From: Fidelibacterota bacterium
GTDB lineage: Bacteria > Fidelibacterota > Marinisomatia > Marinisomatales > Marinisomataceae
Reading direction: 5' to 3'
DNA: 53,217 nt
Assembly (NCBI GenBank): GCA_036165075.1
Contig: JAYZIW010000025.1
Span: 1-53,217, forward strand
Part shown: positions 1 through 10,016 of the stretch, in pieces
Layout: each line of letters begins with the position of its first letter
How positions within the stretch are numbered: position 1 is the first letter of the stretch
Program-made: the position numbers and the translations under genes
The notes under the pieces: generated by a model
Told to the model about the DNA's origin: nothing
Database searches by the model: none
The model's input: the letters and a program-made list of their open reading frames with translations, nothing else

Positions 1-537
1 CAAAATTGATGAAAGCAATAATGCAAAAAATTGAGTGGAAAAATGTCGCATTGATTTGAAAATAAAACTGATAAATCTATAAAAAATAAAGATAGAAAAT
101 ACTCTAAATATTAGCTCTTCATAAATTCCAGCCCCTAAAGATAATATAATATTGAATTTTATATCTTCAACAGATATATCCATCAGATAAAGACTCATAT
201 TGCCAAGTAATAAAAACAATAGGAAAGCGTACAAAAAAGACTCTAATAACATTATTGATAGATATGATTTATATATTGTAAAAGAATCATAATTTTTTTT
301 CTGATAATAGGCTATAATAAAAAATGCTAACAAAAATACGCTTGATGATATGTAAAATATATCAAATCCTAACGTTGCAATCATATCTTCTATTAAAGCA
401 TCTGCCCCATTTTTAATATAACTGAATTCTGTTCCTCGCATTAAGAAAAGACCTAATTCATAGAAGAGGAAAATAGGTAATGTGATAATAAAGCTATAAA
501 AAGGAGACTTAGATTTCTGCAAATAATCTTGGATCAT
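1..537 (-). CDS. CPBP-family intramembrane metalloprotease (CAAX protease/Abi-like); 3' end runs off the window
   Basis: Not in the ORF track because it is open at the window edge. My minus-strand translation from ATG 537..535 reads MIQDYLQKSKSPFYSFIITLPIFLFYELGLFLMRG...SLGAGIYEELIFRVFSIFIFYRF... and stays open to base 1 (179 codons). It is multi-TM and carries the EExxxR motif (YEELIFR) typical of CPBP/Abi proteases. Confidence 0.6.
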   Translation of the reverse strand, partial: MIQDYLQKSKSPFYSFIITLPIFLFYELGLFLMRGTEFSYIKNGADALIEDMIATLGFDIFYISSSVFLLAFFIIAYYQKKNYDSFTIYKSYLSIMLLESFLYAFLLFLLLGNMSLYLMDISVEDIKFNIILSLGAGIYEELIFRVFSIFIFYRFISFIFKSMRHFSTQFFALLLSSIL

Positions 538-538
538 C

Positions 539-2323
539 TCAAATCTTCAAAACGGCTAGTAATGCTTCTTGTGGAACCTCAACTCTTCCAATCATTCTCA
601 TTCTTTTCTTACCCTTTTTTTGCTTCTGTAATAACTTGTTTTTTCGAGTAACATCTCCTCCATATAGCTTTTCAGTTACATTCTTTCTGAATGGAGCAAT
701 ATTAGTACGTGCAATTACTCTGGTACCAATAGAAGCCTGAATTGGAATTTGGATCTGGTGCCTAGGAATTAATTCTTTAAGCTTCTGACAAAGAGCTAAT
801 CCTCTATGATACGAATCTTTCTTTGAACAAATCATTGATAAAGCATCTACAGGCTCTTTATTAATCAAAATGTCTAATTTATCTAACTTGCTCTCCTTGT
901 ATTCCTTGAAAGTATAATCAAATGATGCATATCCCTTTGATCCAGACTTAATACTATCATAAAAATCAAACAATATCTCACCGAGAGGTAGATCATAAAT
1001 TAATTGTACTTTAGAGCTTGAAAGATATGAAGTAGATTTATATTGACCTCTCTTCTCTTGACAAATTTTCATAACATTTCCAATATAGTCTACCGGTGTC
1101 AAGATTTCTGCAGTTACAATTGGCTCCATAATACTATCTAACACTTTCGGTTCTGGCAATAATGCAGGTCGTTGCACTTCAATCTGACTGCCATCTTTAA
1201 GATTTGCCAAATACTTAACATTTGGACTAGTAGTAACAATTGAAAGATTAAATTCTCTTTCTAATCTTTCTTGTATTATTTCCATATGTAATAGACCTAA
1301 AAAACCACATCGATATCCAAAACCAAGTGCATCACTTACTTCGGGCTCGAAAGACAAAGAAGCATCATTTAGTTTTAATTTCTCAAGCGCAGTACGCAGA
1401 TCATCATATTCAGCAGCATCAGCTGGGAATAAGCCAGAAAATACCATCGGTTTGATTTTCTGAAATCCAGGCAGTGCATCTTTGCATGGCTTATTCACGT
1501 TTGTGATTGTGTCTCCAGGGAGAACATGTTCAATGTCTCTAATATTTGCAACAATATAACCTACTTCTCCAGCCTTTAGAGAGTCCGACTTCTTTCGATC
1601 AATTACAAAATGTCCTACTTCATCTACATCGTAGTAAGTATTATGAGAAAAGAATTTAATCTTACTACCACGACTAATAGAACCTTCATAAACACGAATA
1701 TAAGCTACAACACCACGATATCAATCATAGATTGAATCAAAGATGAGTGCTTTGAAAGCATCATTTTCTGGTGGTTGGGGTGAAGGAATTTTATTAATGA
1801 TAGCATCTAAGATACCTTCTATACCTTCTCCGCTTTTAGCGCTAGTAAGCAATATATCTTCTTTTTCACATCCAGTAAGCTCAATAATCTGGTTAGTTAC
1901 ATTTTCAATATCTGCATTTGGCAAATCTACCTTATTGATAACTGGAATGATTTTTAAATTGCTATCTAGTGCTAACAAATAATTAGTCACAGTTTGAGCT
2001 TCAATGCCTTGTGCGGCATCCACAATCAATAATGCTCCTTCGCTAGCAGCAAGTGTTCTTGAAACTTCATAAGTAAAATCAACATGTCCTGGAGTATCAA
2101 TAAGGTTTAATATATAATCCTTATAATTAATACGAATGGAATGACTCTTAATTGTAATACCTCTTTCACGTTCTAGCTCCATATTGTCTAGAACTTGATC
2201 TTGCATATTTTTTTTAGATATAGTACCAGTATCCTCAAGCAATCTATCTGCCAAAGTTGATTTCCCATGATCGATATGAGCAATAATGCAAAAGTTGCGA
2301 ATTAAACTAATATCACTCATCAA
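539..2323 (-). CDS. lepA: Elongation factor 4 (LepA), interrupted by a single in-frame TGA at 1721..1723 (possible sequencing error, nonsense allele or pseudogene)
   Basis: ORF 1721..2323 holds the GTPase domain ([28 protein letters not shown]). ORF 539..1498 holds the LepA C-terminal domains. Both are in the same frame. The 222 nt between them translate without a stop as LepA domain II ([13 protein letters not shown]...[23 protein letters not shown]). The likely true start is ATG 2320..2318; the track start at 2323 is TTG. Confidence 0.9.
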
Positions 2324-3914
2324 AATGATTCACTATTGGTATTCTTCTGCCCATTCCGAAAGCTTTCTTGCTTATGCGAAGCACTGGTGCGGCTTGTCTT
2401 CTTTTATGCTCATTACGACTAATTCTTGTAGAAATATCACCTAAATCGTTATTTCTAATATCATCAGATATATCTTCTCCCAAAATTATTTTATCAACAA
2501 TAGGACTAATCAAATCATAATCAAATGGATCTACTTGATTCGGAGCTAATTCTGCAGATGGTGGTTTAGTAATAGAATTATCAGGAATAATATTATTACT
2601 CACTCTATTTTTCCATTTTGCAAGATTATATACTTCTGTTTTCGATAAATCTCCAATTGCTGATAACCCACCGCTCATATCTCCATAAAGAGTGCAATAT
2701 CCTAGAGCAAGTTCTGTTTTATTTCCTGTAGATAAAACTAGGCAACCAAATTTATTAGAAAATGCCATTAATATATTTCCTCTTATTCTTGATTGAATAT
2801 TCTCTTCAGCAACATTGCTCTCCATTCCTTTAAATTTATCATGAAGCGTATCTAAATATTTTTCAAATAAATCGTCAATATCAATTGTATCAAAATTTGC
2901 ATTCAGGTTGTTTGCTAAGTCTCTTGCATCAGATTTACTATGATTGCTAGAAAATCTAGATGGCATCGAAATTAAATAAACATTTTCTGATCCAAGAGCA
3001 TCAACCGCAAGACATGCTACTAATGCAGAATCTATTCCGCCACTTAAGCCTATGACTGCTTTTTGATGGCCTGTTTTGGAAAAATAATCGCTGATCCCAA
3101 GTGTCAGAGCATTATATATATTTTCTTCAACATCTACATCTATCGCATTCTCATCTGATAGATCATCTAGGGTTGAAACAAGTATATCTTCTTTAAAGCT
3201 AGCTGCTGTGCCTAAAACCTTCATTCCAGGGCCAAATATCATAGAATTTCCATCAAAGATAAGTTCATCTTGTCCTCCAACAAGATTGCAATACACAAAA
3301 TGTGAATTTGTATTTTTGAACTTCTCTACTATTAATTTTTTTCTATCATTTTCACGATATTTTCGGTAAGGAGACGCAGATATGTTAATAATAATATTTG
3401 GATCAATATCAGCAATCTCTTCTGAAAGCTTCCTAGTATAATTATCTTCCCATAAATCTTCACATATCTGTATTACGCAACGATAATCATTTCCATGAAT
3501 ATTGATCTTAAAATCACCTATATCAGAACCGCTCTCAAAATATCGTCTCTCATCAAAAACATCATAATTTGGTAAAAGAATTTTATGATAGACTTTTATT
3601 ATTTTGCCATTCTCGCATACTGCAGCTGCATTGAATAATTTTCCGTCTTTTTCATCTACAAATCCTAGAATGCATGGAGAAGAAACCTGTTTAGAAAACT
3701 TGTCTAGTACCTCTAAATTTTTCTTGATAAAAGATTGAGAAAAAAGTAAGTCTTGTGGTGGATACCCTGTAACAACCATTTCAGGAAAAACTATTAGGTC
3801 AGCTCCATTATCAATAGCTCTATTATAACTATCTATTAATTTTTTATAATTATAATCAAAATTTCCTAAAATAGGATTAATCTGACATGTACCGACTTTT
3901 ATTGTTTTAGACAA
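2313..3914 (-). CDS. nadE: Glutamine-dependent NAD+ synthetase (N-terminal CN-hydrolase domain + NAD synthetase domain)
   Basis: 533 aa. Nitrilase-type N-terminus ([11 protein letters not shown], catalytic-Cys context QICEDLW) and PP-loop [12 protein letters not shown]. The TGA stop overlaps the lepA start. Confidence 0.9.
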   Translation of the reverse strand: MSKTIKVGTCQINPILGNFDYNYKKLIDSYNRAIDNGADLIVFPEMVVTGYPPQDLLFSQSFIKKNLEVLDKFSKQVSSPCILGFVDEKDGKLFNAAAVCENGKIIKVYHKILLPNYDVFDERRYFESGSDIGDFKINIHGNDYRCVIQICEDLWEDNYTRKLSEEIADIDPNIIINISASPYRKYRENDRKKLIVEKFKNTNSHFVYCNLVGGQDELIFDGNSMIFGPGMKVLGTAASFKEDILVSTLDDLSDENAIDVDVEENIYNALTLGISDYFSKTGHQKAVIGLSGGIDSALVACLAVDALGSENVYLISMPSRFSSNHSKSDARDLANNLNANFDTIDIDDLFEKYLDTLHDKFKGMESNVAEENIQSRIRGNILMAFSNKFGCLVLSTGNKTELALGYCTLYGDMSGGLSAIGDLSKTEVYNLAKWKNRVSNNIIPDNSITKPPSAELAPNQVDPFDYDLISPIVDKIILGEDISDDIRNNDLGDISTRISRNEHKRRQAAPVLRISKKAFGMGRRIPIVNHFDE

Positions 3915-4357
3915 TTTTTTACTTCCGTTATTAGTCCATCAACAGAATTAGTATTTATAGATTTTGGTATATCCCAACTATTGTATGCAATTAGAGGTTT
4001 ATCTTGAGCTAAAGTAAATGCTATCTCACTTAAAGTTCCATAAGCTCCAGAAATTGCAACTCCAACATCACAATTATAACTAATTAAAGCATTTCTTGTT
4101 ATATCAAGACCTGTTGAAATTGGTATAGATAAAAAATCATTTCCAGATTTAAAGTCTTTATCTTTAAGAATTCCAATACATACACCATTGTTCATTGAAA
4201 CTCCTTTGGCAATAGCCTCCATTACTCCTTCACCTCCACCACAGAATACTAACCAATTTTCGTCCGCCATTTTTTTGCCAATTTCTACTGTATCATTGTA
4301 GATTGATTCGGTGATATCTCTTCCTCCAAAAACAGCAACTCTTCCTTTAAAATTCAT
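3899..4357 (-). CDS. TIGR00725/LOG-like (SLOG fold) family protein
   Basis: 152 aa. FGGR...CGGGEGVMEAIAKG...ISGAYGTLSE pattern typical of LOG/TIGR00725 Rossmann-like proteins. Confidence 0.6.
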   Translation of the reverse strand: MNFKGRVAVFGGRDITESIYNDTVEIGKKMADENWLVFCGGGEGVMEAIAKGVSMNNGVCIGILKDKDFKSGNDFLSIPISTGLDITRNALISYNCDVGVAISGAYGTLSEIAFTLAQDKPLIAYNSWDIPKSINTNSVDGLITEVKNCLKQ

Positions 4358-5646
4358 TATGGCTCCAACCTTCCCATAGTTCTAGGGAAAGGTATAGTTT
4401 CTCTAACATGATCAATGCCACATATCCATGAAATAGTTCTTTCGAGTCCAAGTCCAAAGCCTGAATGAGGAACAGATCCATATTTTCTCAAATCGAGATA
4501 CCATTTAAAAGCACTTAGAGGAAGTCCATGATTTTCAATTCGTTTTACAAGAGTGTCATGATCATCTTCTCTTTGCCCACCTCCAACAATCTCTCCGTAA
4601 CCCTCAGGAGCGATTACATCAACTCCTAAAGCAAGCTTGTCTGATTTATCTCTTTTCATATAAAAAGCTTTAGTTTTATGTGGCCAACTGTGAATCATGA
4701 CTGGACAATCATATTGAGATGCAATTAATTCTTCATCTGGCGCACCAAAGTCGCTACCATATTCAAATTTGTGACCATTATCATTCAAAATCTTAGCTGC
4801 TTCATCATATGTGATTCTTGGGAACGGAGACTTAACTTTCTCAAGAAAAGAAATGTCTCTTTCTAAAATTTTAAGCTCATCTTTACAATTTTTTACGCTT
4901 TGAGTCACTATGTATGTTATAAATTCTTCTATTAAGTCCATGTTTTCCTTTAAATCGCAAAAAGCCATTTCTGGTTCAACCATCCAAAATTCAGTTAGAT
5001 GTTTTCTTGTTTTTGATTTTTCTGCTCTAAAACAAGGACCGAAACAATATGTTTTACCAAAAGCCATTGCACCAGCTTCTTGATATAGTTGTCCACTTTG
5101 AGTTAAATAAGCAGAACGATTAAAATAATCTGTTTCAAATAATGTGGTGGTACCTTCAACTGCATTTCCAGTAAACATTGGAGAATCAATTAAAACAAAA
5201 TCTCTATTATCAAAAAAATCTCTAATAGACTTAATGATATTTTGACGAACTTTCATTATTGCAAATTGTTTCTTAGAGCGTAACCAAAGATGTCTATTGT
5301 CCATCAAAAAACTTACACCATGCTCTTTAAGAGCAATTGGATATTCCTCTGATACATGCACTACATCTATATCTGTAACAAGTATTTCAACTCCACTATC
5401 AGATCTGTCATCTGCTTGTACAGTCCCTTTAATTTTCAATGAAGATTCTTGTGTTAATGTATTCTCTAAACTAAAAATGTCTTCCGATACATCATTTTTT
5501 GATACTACACATTGGACATAACCTGTACCATCTCTTACTATAACAAACCAAATTTTTCCAATAGATCTTATGTTATATACCCATCCGTTGACTTGGACTT
5601 CTTTTCCAATAAAATCTTTTAAATTTTTAATATTTATTCCGCTCAT
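4357..5646 (-). CDS. asnS: Asparagine--tRNA ligase
   Basis: 429 aa class IIb aaRS. FRAEKSKTRKHLTEFWMVEPEMAF and C-terminal GFGLGLERTISWICGIDHVRETIPFPR match the AsnRS pattern rather than AspRS. Confidence 0.88.
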   Translation of the reverse strand: MSGINIKNLKDFIGKEVQVNGWVYNIRSIGKIWFVIVRDGTGYVQCVVSKNDVSEDIFSLENTLTQESSLKIKGTVQADDRSDSGVEILVTDIDVVHVSEEYPIALKEHGVSFLMDNRHLWLRSKKQFAIMKVRQNIIKSIRDFFDNRDFVLIDSPMFTGNAVEGTTTLFETDYFNRSAYLTQSGQLYQEAGAMAFGKTYCFGPCFRAEKSKTRKHLTEFWMVEPEMAFCDLKENMDLIEEFITYIVTQSVKNCKDELKILERDISFLEKVKSPFPRITYDEAAKILNDNGHKFEYGSDFGAPDEELIASQYDCPVMIHSWPHKTKAFYMKRDKSDKLALGVDVIAPEGYGEIVGGGQREDDHDTLVKRIENHGLPLSAFKWYLDLRKYGSVPHSGFGLGLERTISWICGIDHVRETIPFPRTMGRLEP

Positions 5647-5650
5647 AACT

Positions 5651-6226
5651 TTACCATGTTGAAAGAACTGTGTTCACAATATCAACTGCAATTTTATTAA
5701 TTGCAACATTAATCGCCAATTCCCTTGAATCTCCAAATTCATCACTATCATCTCCATCAATAATACCATCGTCATCATTATCTAATCCATCAGAAGAGGG
5801 GTCATTATCAATGCTGTATGTTCCAAATGCAGAAAATGTTTTATCAAAAAATGCGCTATCATCACTGTTATCAATCCAAGAGACTTTTACCGATAAGGAG
5901 AATCTGTATTCACTGACTTTTTCGTTGCTATTAAATGCATACGGACCATCCGATACCGAGGTAATAGATCCATTAATAATGCTATCACCGTTAGTATCAT
6001 TTGTTATCCTTAAAATATTCTGACTACTTATCTCCTGAATAATGCCTGAAGTTAATTTTTCTGACAACTCAAACTCTACTGTCTCATTATTGAATAACGG
6101 GATAGCAACGTTATTAATATTCGCAGGAATTGATCCTGACATAGAATAATAAGCACATCCAAATAGCAATAAAACTAAATTTATACTAGCTATCTTTGTT
6201 AATCTTTTTTTCAATCCCATAATCAT
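5651..6226 (-). CDS. LptE-like outer-membrane lipoprotein with an Asp-rich C-terminal insert
   Basis: Lipobox LLLFGC followed by AYYSMSGSIPANINNVAIPLFNNET...LSEKLTSGIIQEI, the FCB-type LptE N-terminal pattern. It sits downstream of and overlaps the sigma-54 activator gene. D-rich segment DGLDNDDDGIIDGDDSDEFGD. Confidence 0.55.
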   Translation of the reverse strand: MIMGLKKRLTKIASINLVLLLFGCAYYSMSGSIPANINNVAIPLFNNETVEFELSEKLTSGIIQEISSQNILRITNDTNGDSIINGSITSVSDGPYAFNSNEKVSEYRFSLSVKVSWIDNSDDSAFFDKTFSAFGTYSIDNDPSSDGLDNDDDGIIDGDDSDEFGDSRELAINVAINKIAVDIVNTVLSTW

Positions 6227-7391
6227 TTATCTTTCTATAAAGAGTTCTTTCGCTCATATCAAGTGATTTAGCAGCAGCTCTTCTATTGTTATTAAAATGT
6301 TCTAATGTACGAATAATCATTTCTTTTTCTAAATCTCTAGTATTAAAGGCACCAATAGCTTCTCCTTTTATTAAGTGATCATTATCAGGGCTATTAATTT
6401 CATTATCTTGAATACGATTTTCAAAATTTGCATTTATATTTCTAGAAGAATTTAAGGCTGAAAAATCAGATTCTTTTAGCAATAATTTCATTTCTTCAAT
6501 ATCCTGCCTTAAAAATAATAATTGCCTTAAAATTAACTCTCGCTCTGCCTGATCTGGATCACGATTAACCAGTACAGGTAATGCAGGATTATCAGAAAAA
6601 TCAGCTATATTTTCATTCTGTAACTGTTTTTCAATAATCTCACCAGTAATTCTCTCCCCTTTTTGGAGAATTAATACGCTTTCAACAAAATTCCTCAACT
6701 CCCTAACATTCCCTGGCCAATCACATTTTTGCATAGCTTTTATTGCTTCAGGAGTAAATCCTTTGTACTTAATATTATTTGTTCTACTAAATTGCAAAGC
6801 GAATCGATCGACTAGCAATCGTATATCGCTTTTTCTATCTCTTAATGGAGGTAGATTAATTGTAACAGTTTTCAGTCTATAATAAAGATCTTGTCGGAAC
6901 TTTCCTTCTTTTACAAGCTTCGCTAAATCTTTATTGGTAGCAGCTATAACTCTAGTATCTGTTTTTTTAGCTACAGAATCACCTACACGCATATACTCTC
7001 CCTCTTCTAAAACTCTTAGCACTTTAACCTGAGTTTCTAAAGGCATATCTCCAATCTCATCAAGAAATATTGTTCCCTTATCTGCGGTTTCAAAATAACC
7101 TTTTCTAGATTCGCTTGCATCTGTATAAGCACCTTTTTTATGTCCAAAAAGTTCACTTTCAATAATTCCTTCTGGGATAGCTCCACAATTGACAATAACT
7201 AATTTTTTCAATGATCTTTTACTCCCTAGATGTATAGCCTTACTTATAAGTTCCTTCCCTGTACCAGATTCTCCATTAATTAAAACAGATATATCTACAT
7301 CAGCAACCTGATTTACCATATCTAATACATGATTAATACCATCGCTTTCACCTATAATTCCTGACTTTTGTTTAATTAATTCAATGTTCAT
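6186..7391 (-). CDS. Sigma-54-dependent transcriptional activator (AAA+ domain + Fis-type HTH, no N-terminal sensor/receiver domain)
   Basis: Walker A GESGTGKE, ESELFGH, GAFTGA-position motif GAYTDA, Walker B IFLDEIGDM, RQDLYYRL, C-terminal HTH AAKSLDMSERTLYRKI. The AAA+ core begins about 10 aa from the N-terminus. Confidence 0.88.
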   Translation of the reverse strand: MNIELIKQKSGIIGESDGINHVLDMVNQVADVDISVLINGESGTGKELISKAIHLGSKRSLKKLVIVNCGAIPEGIIESELFGHKKGAYTDASESRKGYFETADKGTIFLDEIGDMPLETQVKVLRVLEEGEYMRVGDSVAKKTDTRVIAATNKDLAKLVKEGKFRQDLYYRLKTVTINLPPLRDRKSDIRLLVDRFALQFSRTNNIKYKGFTPEAIKAMQKCDWPGNVRELRNFVESVLILQKGERITGEIIEKQLQNENIADFSDNPALPVLVNRDPDQAERELILRQLLFLRQDIEEMKLLLKESDFSALNSSRNINANFENRIQDNEINSPDNDHLIKGEAIGAFNTRDLEKEMIIRTLEHFNNNRRAAAKSLDMSERTLYRKINDYGIEKKINKDS

Positions 7392-7400
7392 AATAACCTC

Positions 7401-9401
7401 TTAATTACTTATTCTAATTTCTTTATCTAATTTTTTTATTTCATCTCTTAAAGTTGCTGCCTTCTCAAAATCTAGATTATCAGCCGCTTCAAGCATTTCC
7501 TGTCTAAGCATTTCTAAAACAACTTTTCTGTCTTCATTTAAGAATCTATCTGTTTTGATATCTCTCTTAATTTCAATTTCATTTTCTCTAAATGACTCCG
7601 CAACGCTTGTAGACTCCATTATATCATCAATAGACTTTTTAATTGATTTTGGAATAATATTGTTCTTTTTGTTGAACGCAATTTGTATAGCTCTTCTTCT
7701 ATCTGTCTCATCAAGCAAATATTGGATTGAATCAGTTATCCTATCTGCATACAAAATAACCTTTCCATCTATATGTCTAGCTGCTCTACCAGAAGTCTGA
7801 ACTAGAGAGCTTTTTGATCGTAAAAAACCTTCCTTATCTGCATCTAAAATCGCAACAAGAGACACTTCAGGCAAATCAAGTCCTTCTCTTAACAAATTAA
7901 TTCCAACAAGCACATCAAAATCTCCTAAGCGTAAGTCTCGTAATATCTTCACTCTTTCAATTGTTTTTACTTCAGAATGAAGATACCGAACTCTGATACC
8001 CATAGTGCTAAGATGTGCGGATAAATCTTCTGCCATTTTCTTTGTTAGGGTAGTTACTAAACATCTTTCTTTTTTTGCAGAACGAATCTTTATTTCATTA
8101 ATTAAGTCTTCAATCTGACCAAGAGATGGTCTTACTACAACTTCAGGATCAACCAATCCAGTTGGACGATTAATCAGCTCTGTTACTATCCCTGAAGATA
8201 GCTCCAGCTCTTTTTCTGCTGGAGTTGCAGAAGCGTAAATAACCTGATTCTGAATCGAATCAAACTCCACAGATTGTAATGGCCTATTGTCATATGCAGC
8301 TGGCAATCTAAATCCATGGTCAATTAGGTTTTCTTTTCTTTTTCTATCTCCATTATACATTCCTTTAATCTGTGGAAGTGTAACATGAGATTCATCGATA
8401 ACTGTTAAAAAATCTTCAGGAAAAAAGTCTATAAGAGTTGAAGGTCTTTCACCCTCTTTTCTTCCATCAAAATATCTGGAGTAATTCTCAATACCAGAAC
8501 AATATCCTATTTCATCAATCATTTCGATATCAAAATTAGTACGTTGTGTTATACGTTGCTCTTCTAGAAACTTTTCATTCTTATTAAAAAATTTTATTCT
8601 ATCCTTTAAGTCTTTTTTTATCTCTTTGATTACTCTTTTATTTTTTGACTGATCAGAAACAAAGTGTCTCGCAGGAAAAAGATTAGAGTTGCTAATTTCA
8701 GCAATTTCTTCTCCAGTCAATGGATCAAAATTAACAATAGATTGTATGGTATCTGAAAAAATGTCTACTCGAATTGCTTTATCCTCATATGCGGGAAAAA
8801 TTTCAAAGATATCTCCCATGATTCTAAAATTGCACCTTTCCAAAACTTGATCATTTCTCTTGTAATAAATATCAATCAAAGCTTCTGTAAGATCTCTTCT
8901 ATTAACCGAATCACCCTTTTTCAAATGGACTACTTGTTTTTTCCACTCTTCTGGAGAACCCAAACCGTAAATACATGATACTGAGCTCACTACAATCACA
9001 TCATTTCTCTGCAACAATGAGCTAGTGGTTTTCAATCTCAAACGATCTATCTCTTCGTTCATTGAGAAATCTTTCTCAATGAAAGTATCAGTAATGGGCA
9101 TATAAGATTCAGGCTGATAATAATCATAGTAACTAATAAAATATTCAACGGCATTATTAGGAAATAAGCTTTTAAACTCTCCATAAAGTTGTGCTGCTAG
9201 AGTTTTATTATGTGAAATAATTAATGTGGGCTTCTGCACTTCTTCTATAACTTTTGCTATGGTATAGGTTTTTCCGGATCCGGTAACACCTAACAGTGTC
9301 TGATGATTTAGGTTCTTCTTGATTCCATGAACGAGTTCATCAATTGCTCTAGGCTGATCACCTGATGGTTTAAAGTCTGAAACTAATTTAAAGTCTGCCA
9401 T
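7401..9401 (-). CDS. uvrB: Excinuclease ABC subunit B
   Basis: 666 aa. GVTGSGKT Walker A, helicase motifs, C-terminal UVR domain (FEKAATLRDEIKKL). Confidence 0.95.
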   Translation of the reverse strand: MADFKLVSDFKPSGDQPRAIDELVHGIKKNLNHQTLLGVTGSGKTYTIAKVIEEVQKPTLIISHNKTLAAQLYGEFKSLFPNNAVEYFISYYDYYQPESYMPITDTFIEKDFSMNEEIDRLRLKTTSSLLQRNDVIVVSSVSCIYGLGSPEEWKKQVVHLKKGDSVNRRDLTEALIDIYYKRNDQVLERCNFRIMGDIFEIFPAYEDKAIRVDIFSDTIQSIVNFDPLTGEEIAEISNSNLFPARHFVSDQSKNKRVIKEIKKDLKDRIKFFNKNEKFLEEQRITQRTNFDIEMIDEIGYCSGIENYSRYFDGRKEGERPSTLIDFFPEDFLTVIDESHVTLPQIKGMYNGDRKRKENLIDHGFRLPAAYDNRPLQSVEFDSIQNQVIYASATPAEKELELSSGIVTELINRPTGLVDPEVVVRPSLGQIEDLINEIKIRSAKKERCLVTTLTKKMAEDLSAHLSTMGIRVRYLHSEVKTIERVKILRDLRLGDFDVLVGINLLREGLDLPEVSLVAILDADKEGFLRSKSSLVQTSGRAARHIDGKVILYADRITDSIQYLLDETDRRRAIQIAFNKKNNIIPKSIKKSIDDIMESTSVAESFRENEIEIKRDIKTDRFLNEDRKVVLEMLRQEMLEAADNLDFEKAATLRDEIKKLDKEIRISN

Positions 9402-9464
9402 ATTGTCTAATAAATATAAGATTTATTAACGTAACAAACAATTTATAAAGTATGACAATAAGTT

Positions 9465-10016
9465 TTATTTTTTAGAGTCTAATGTAAGGAAAAAACGCAG
9501 ATAATCTAGTAAACTCAGGAAAAGTAAAATTGCAGAAATGATAATTAAATTTTCTGTTAAGTAGAAAAATTGTGTTAAATCTAAAGCATATATTGATAGA
9601 GCAAGTCCAAGAAAACATACTCCAGTTTTTCCTACTATGTTTGAACCATAAATCTTCTCAATCTTTGGTAAATAGATGAGAGAAAATATTAAGATAGTCA
9701 TCTGCCTAGCAAAGTAAAAAATACAAAACCAATCAGCGATATCACCTCTTCTATTTAATAAGATTATAAATGCAAACAAGGTTATACCATCCGCAATAGG
9801 ATCCAATGTTTTTCCAAGTTCTGAATGTTGATTCAATTTTCTTGCTATAATTCCATCTAAGAAATCTGACAATAAGGAAATAAATAATATCGCATAAAAA
9901 TAACCCTTCATATCAAGATTAAATGTGATAATTAACGGAGCAATTAATAGAAATCTTAAGTAGGTAATTAAGTTAGGAATAAGGAATAGATCTTCATATT
10001 TAAAGAGTTTGCTCAT
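9465..10016 (-). CDS. CDP-alcohol phosphatidyltransferase family protein
   Basis: 183 aa polytopic protein with D(x)2DG(x)2AR...G(x)3D(x)3D: DFLDGIIARKLNQHSELGKTLDPIADG. Confidence 0.8.
   Translation of the reverse strand: MSKLFKYEDLFLIPNLITYLRFLLIAPLIITFNLDMKGYFYAILFISLLSDFLDGIIARKLNQHSELGKTLDPIADGITLFAFIILLNRRGDIADWFCIFYFARQMTILIFSLIYLPKIEKIYGSNIVGKTGVCFLGLALSIYALDLTQFFYLTENLIIISAILLFLSLLDYLRFFLTLDSKK

Noticed and set aside
1650-1723. Selenocysteine insertion at the lepA TGA
   Set aside because: I see no SECIS-like hairpin in the about 60 nt following the TGA. The aligned position is a variable, non-catalytic residue in LepA, and no sel genes are in the window.
539-2323. Genome-wide TGA reassignment (code 4 or 25) as the explanation for the in-frame TGA in lepA
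   Set aside because: TGA terminates nadE (2313..2315) and lepA itself (539..541). About 55 other genes are full-length under the standard code, and Trp residues are encoded by TGG throughout. A recoded genome would shatter most ORFs in the code-11 track.
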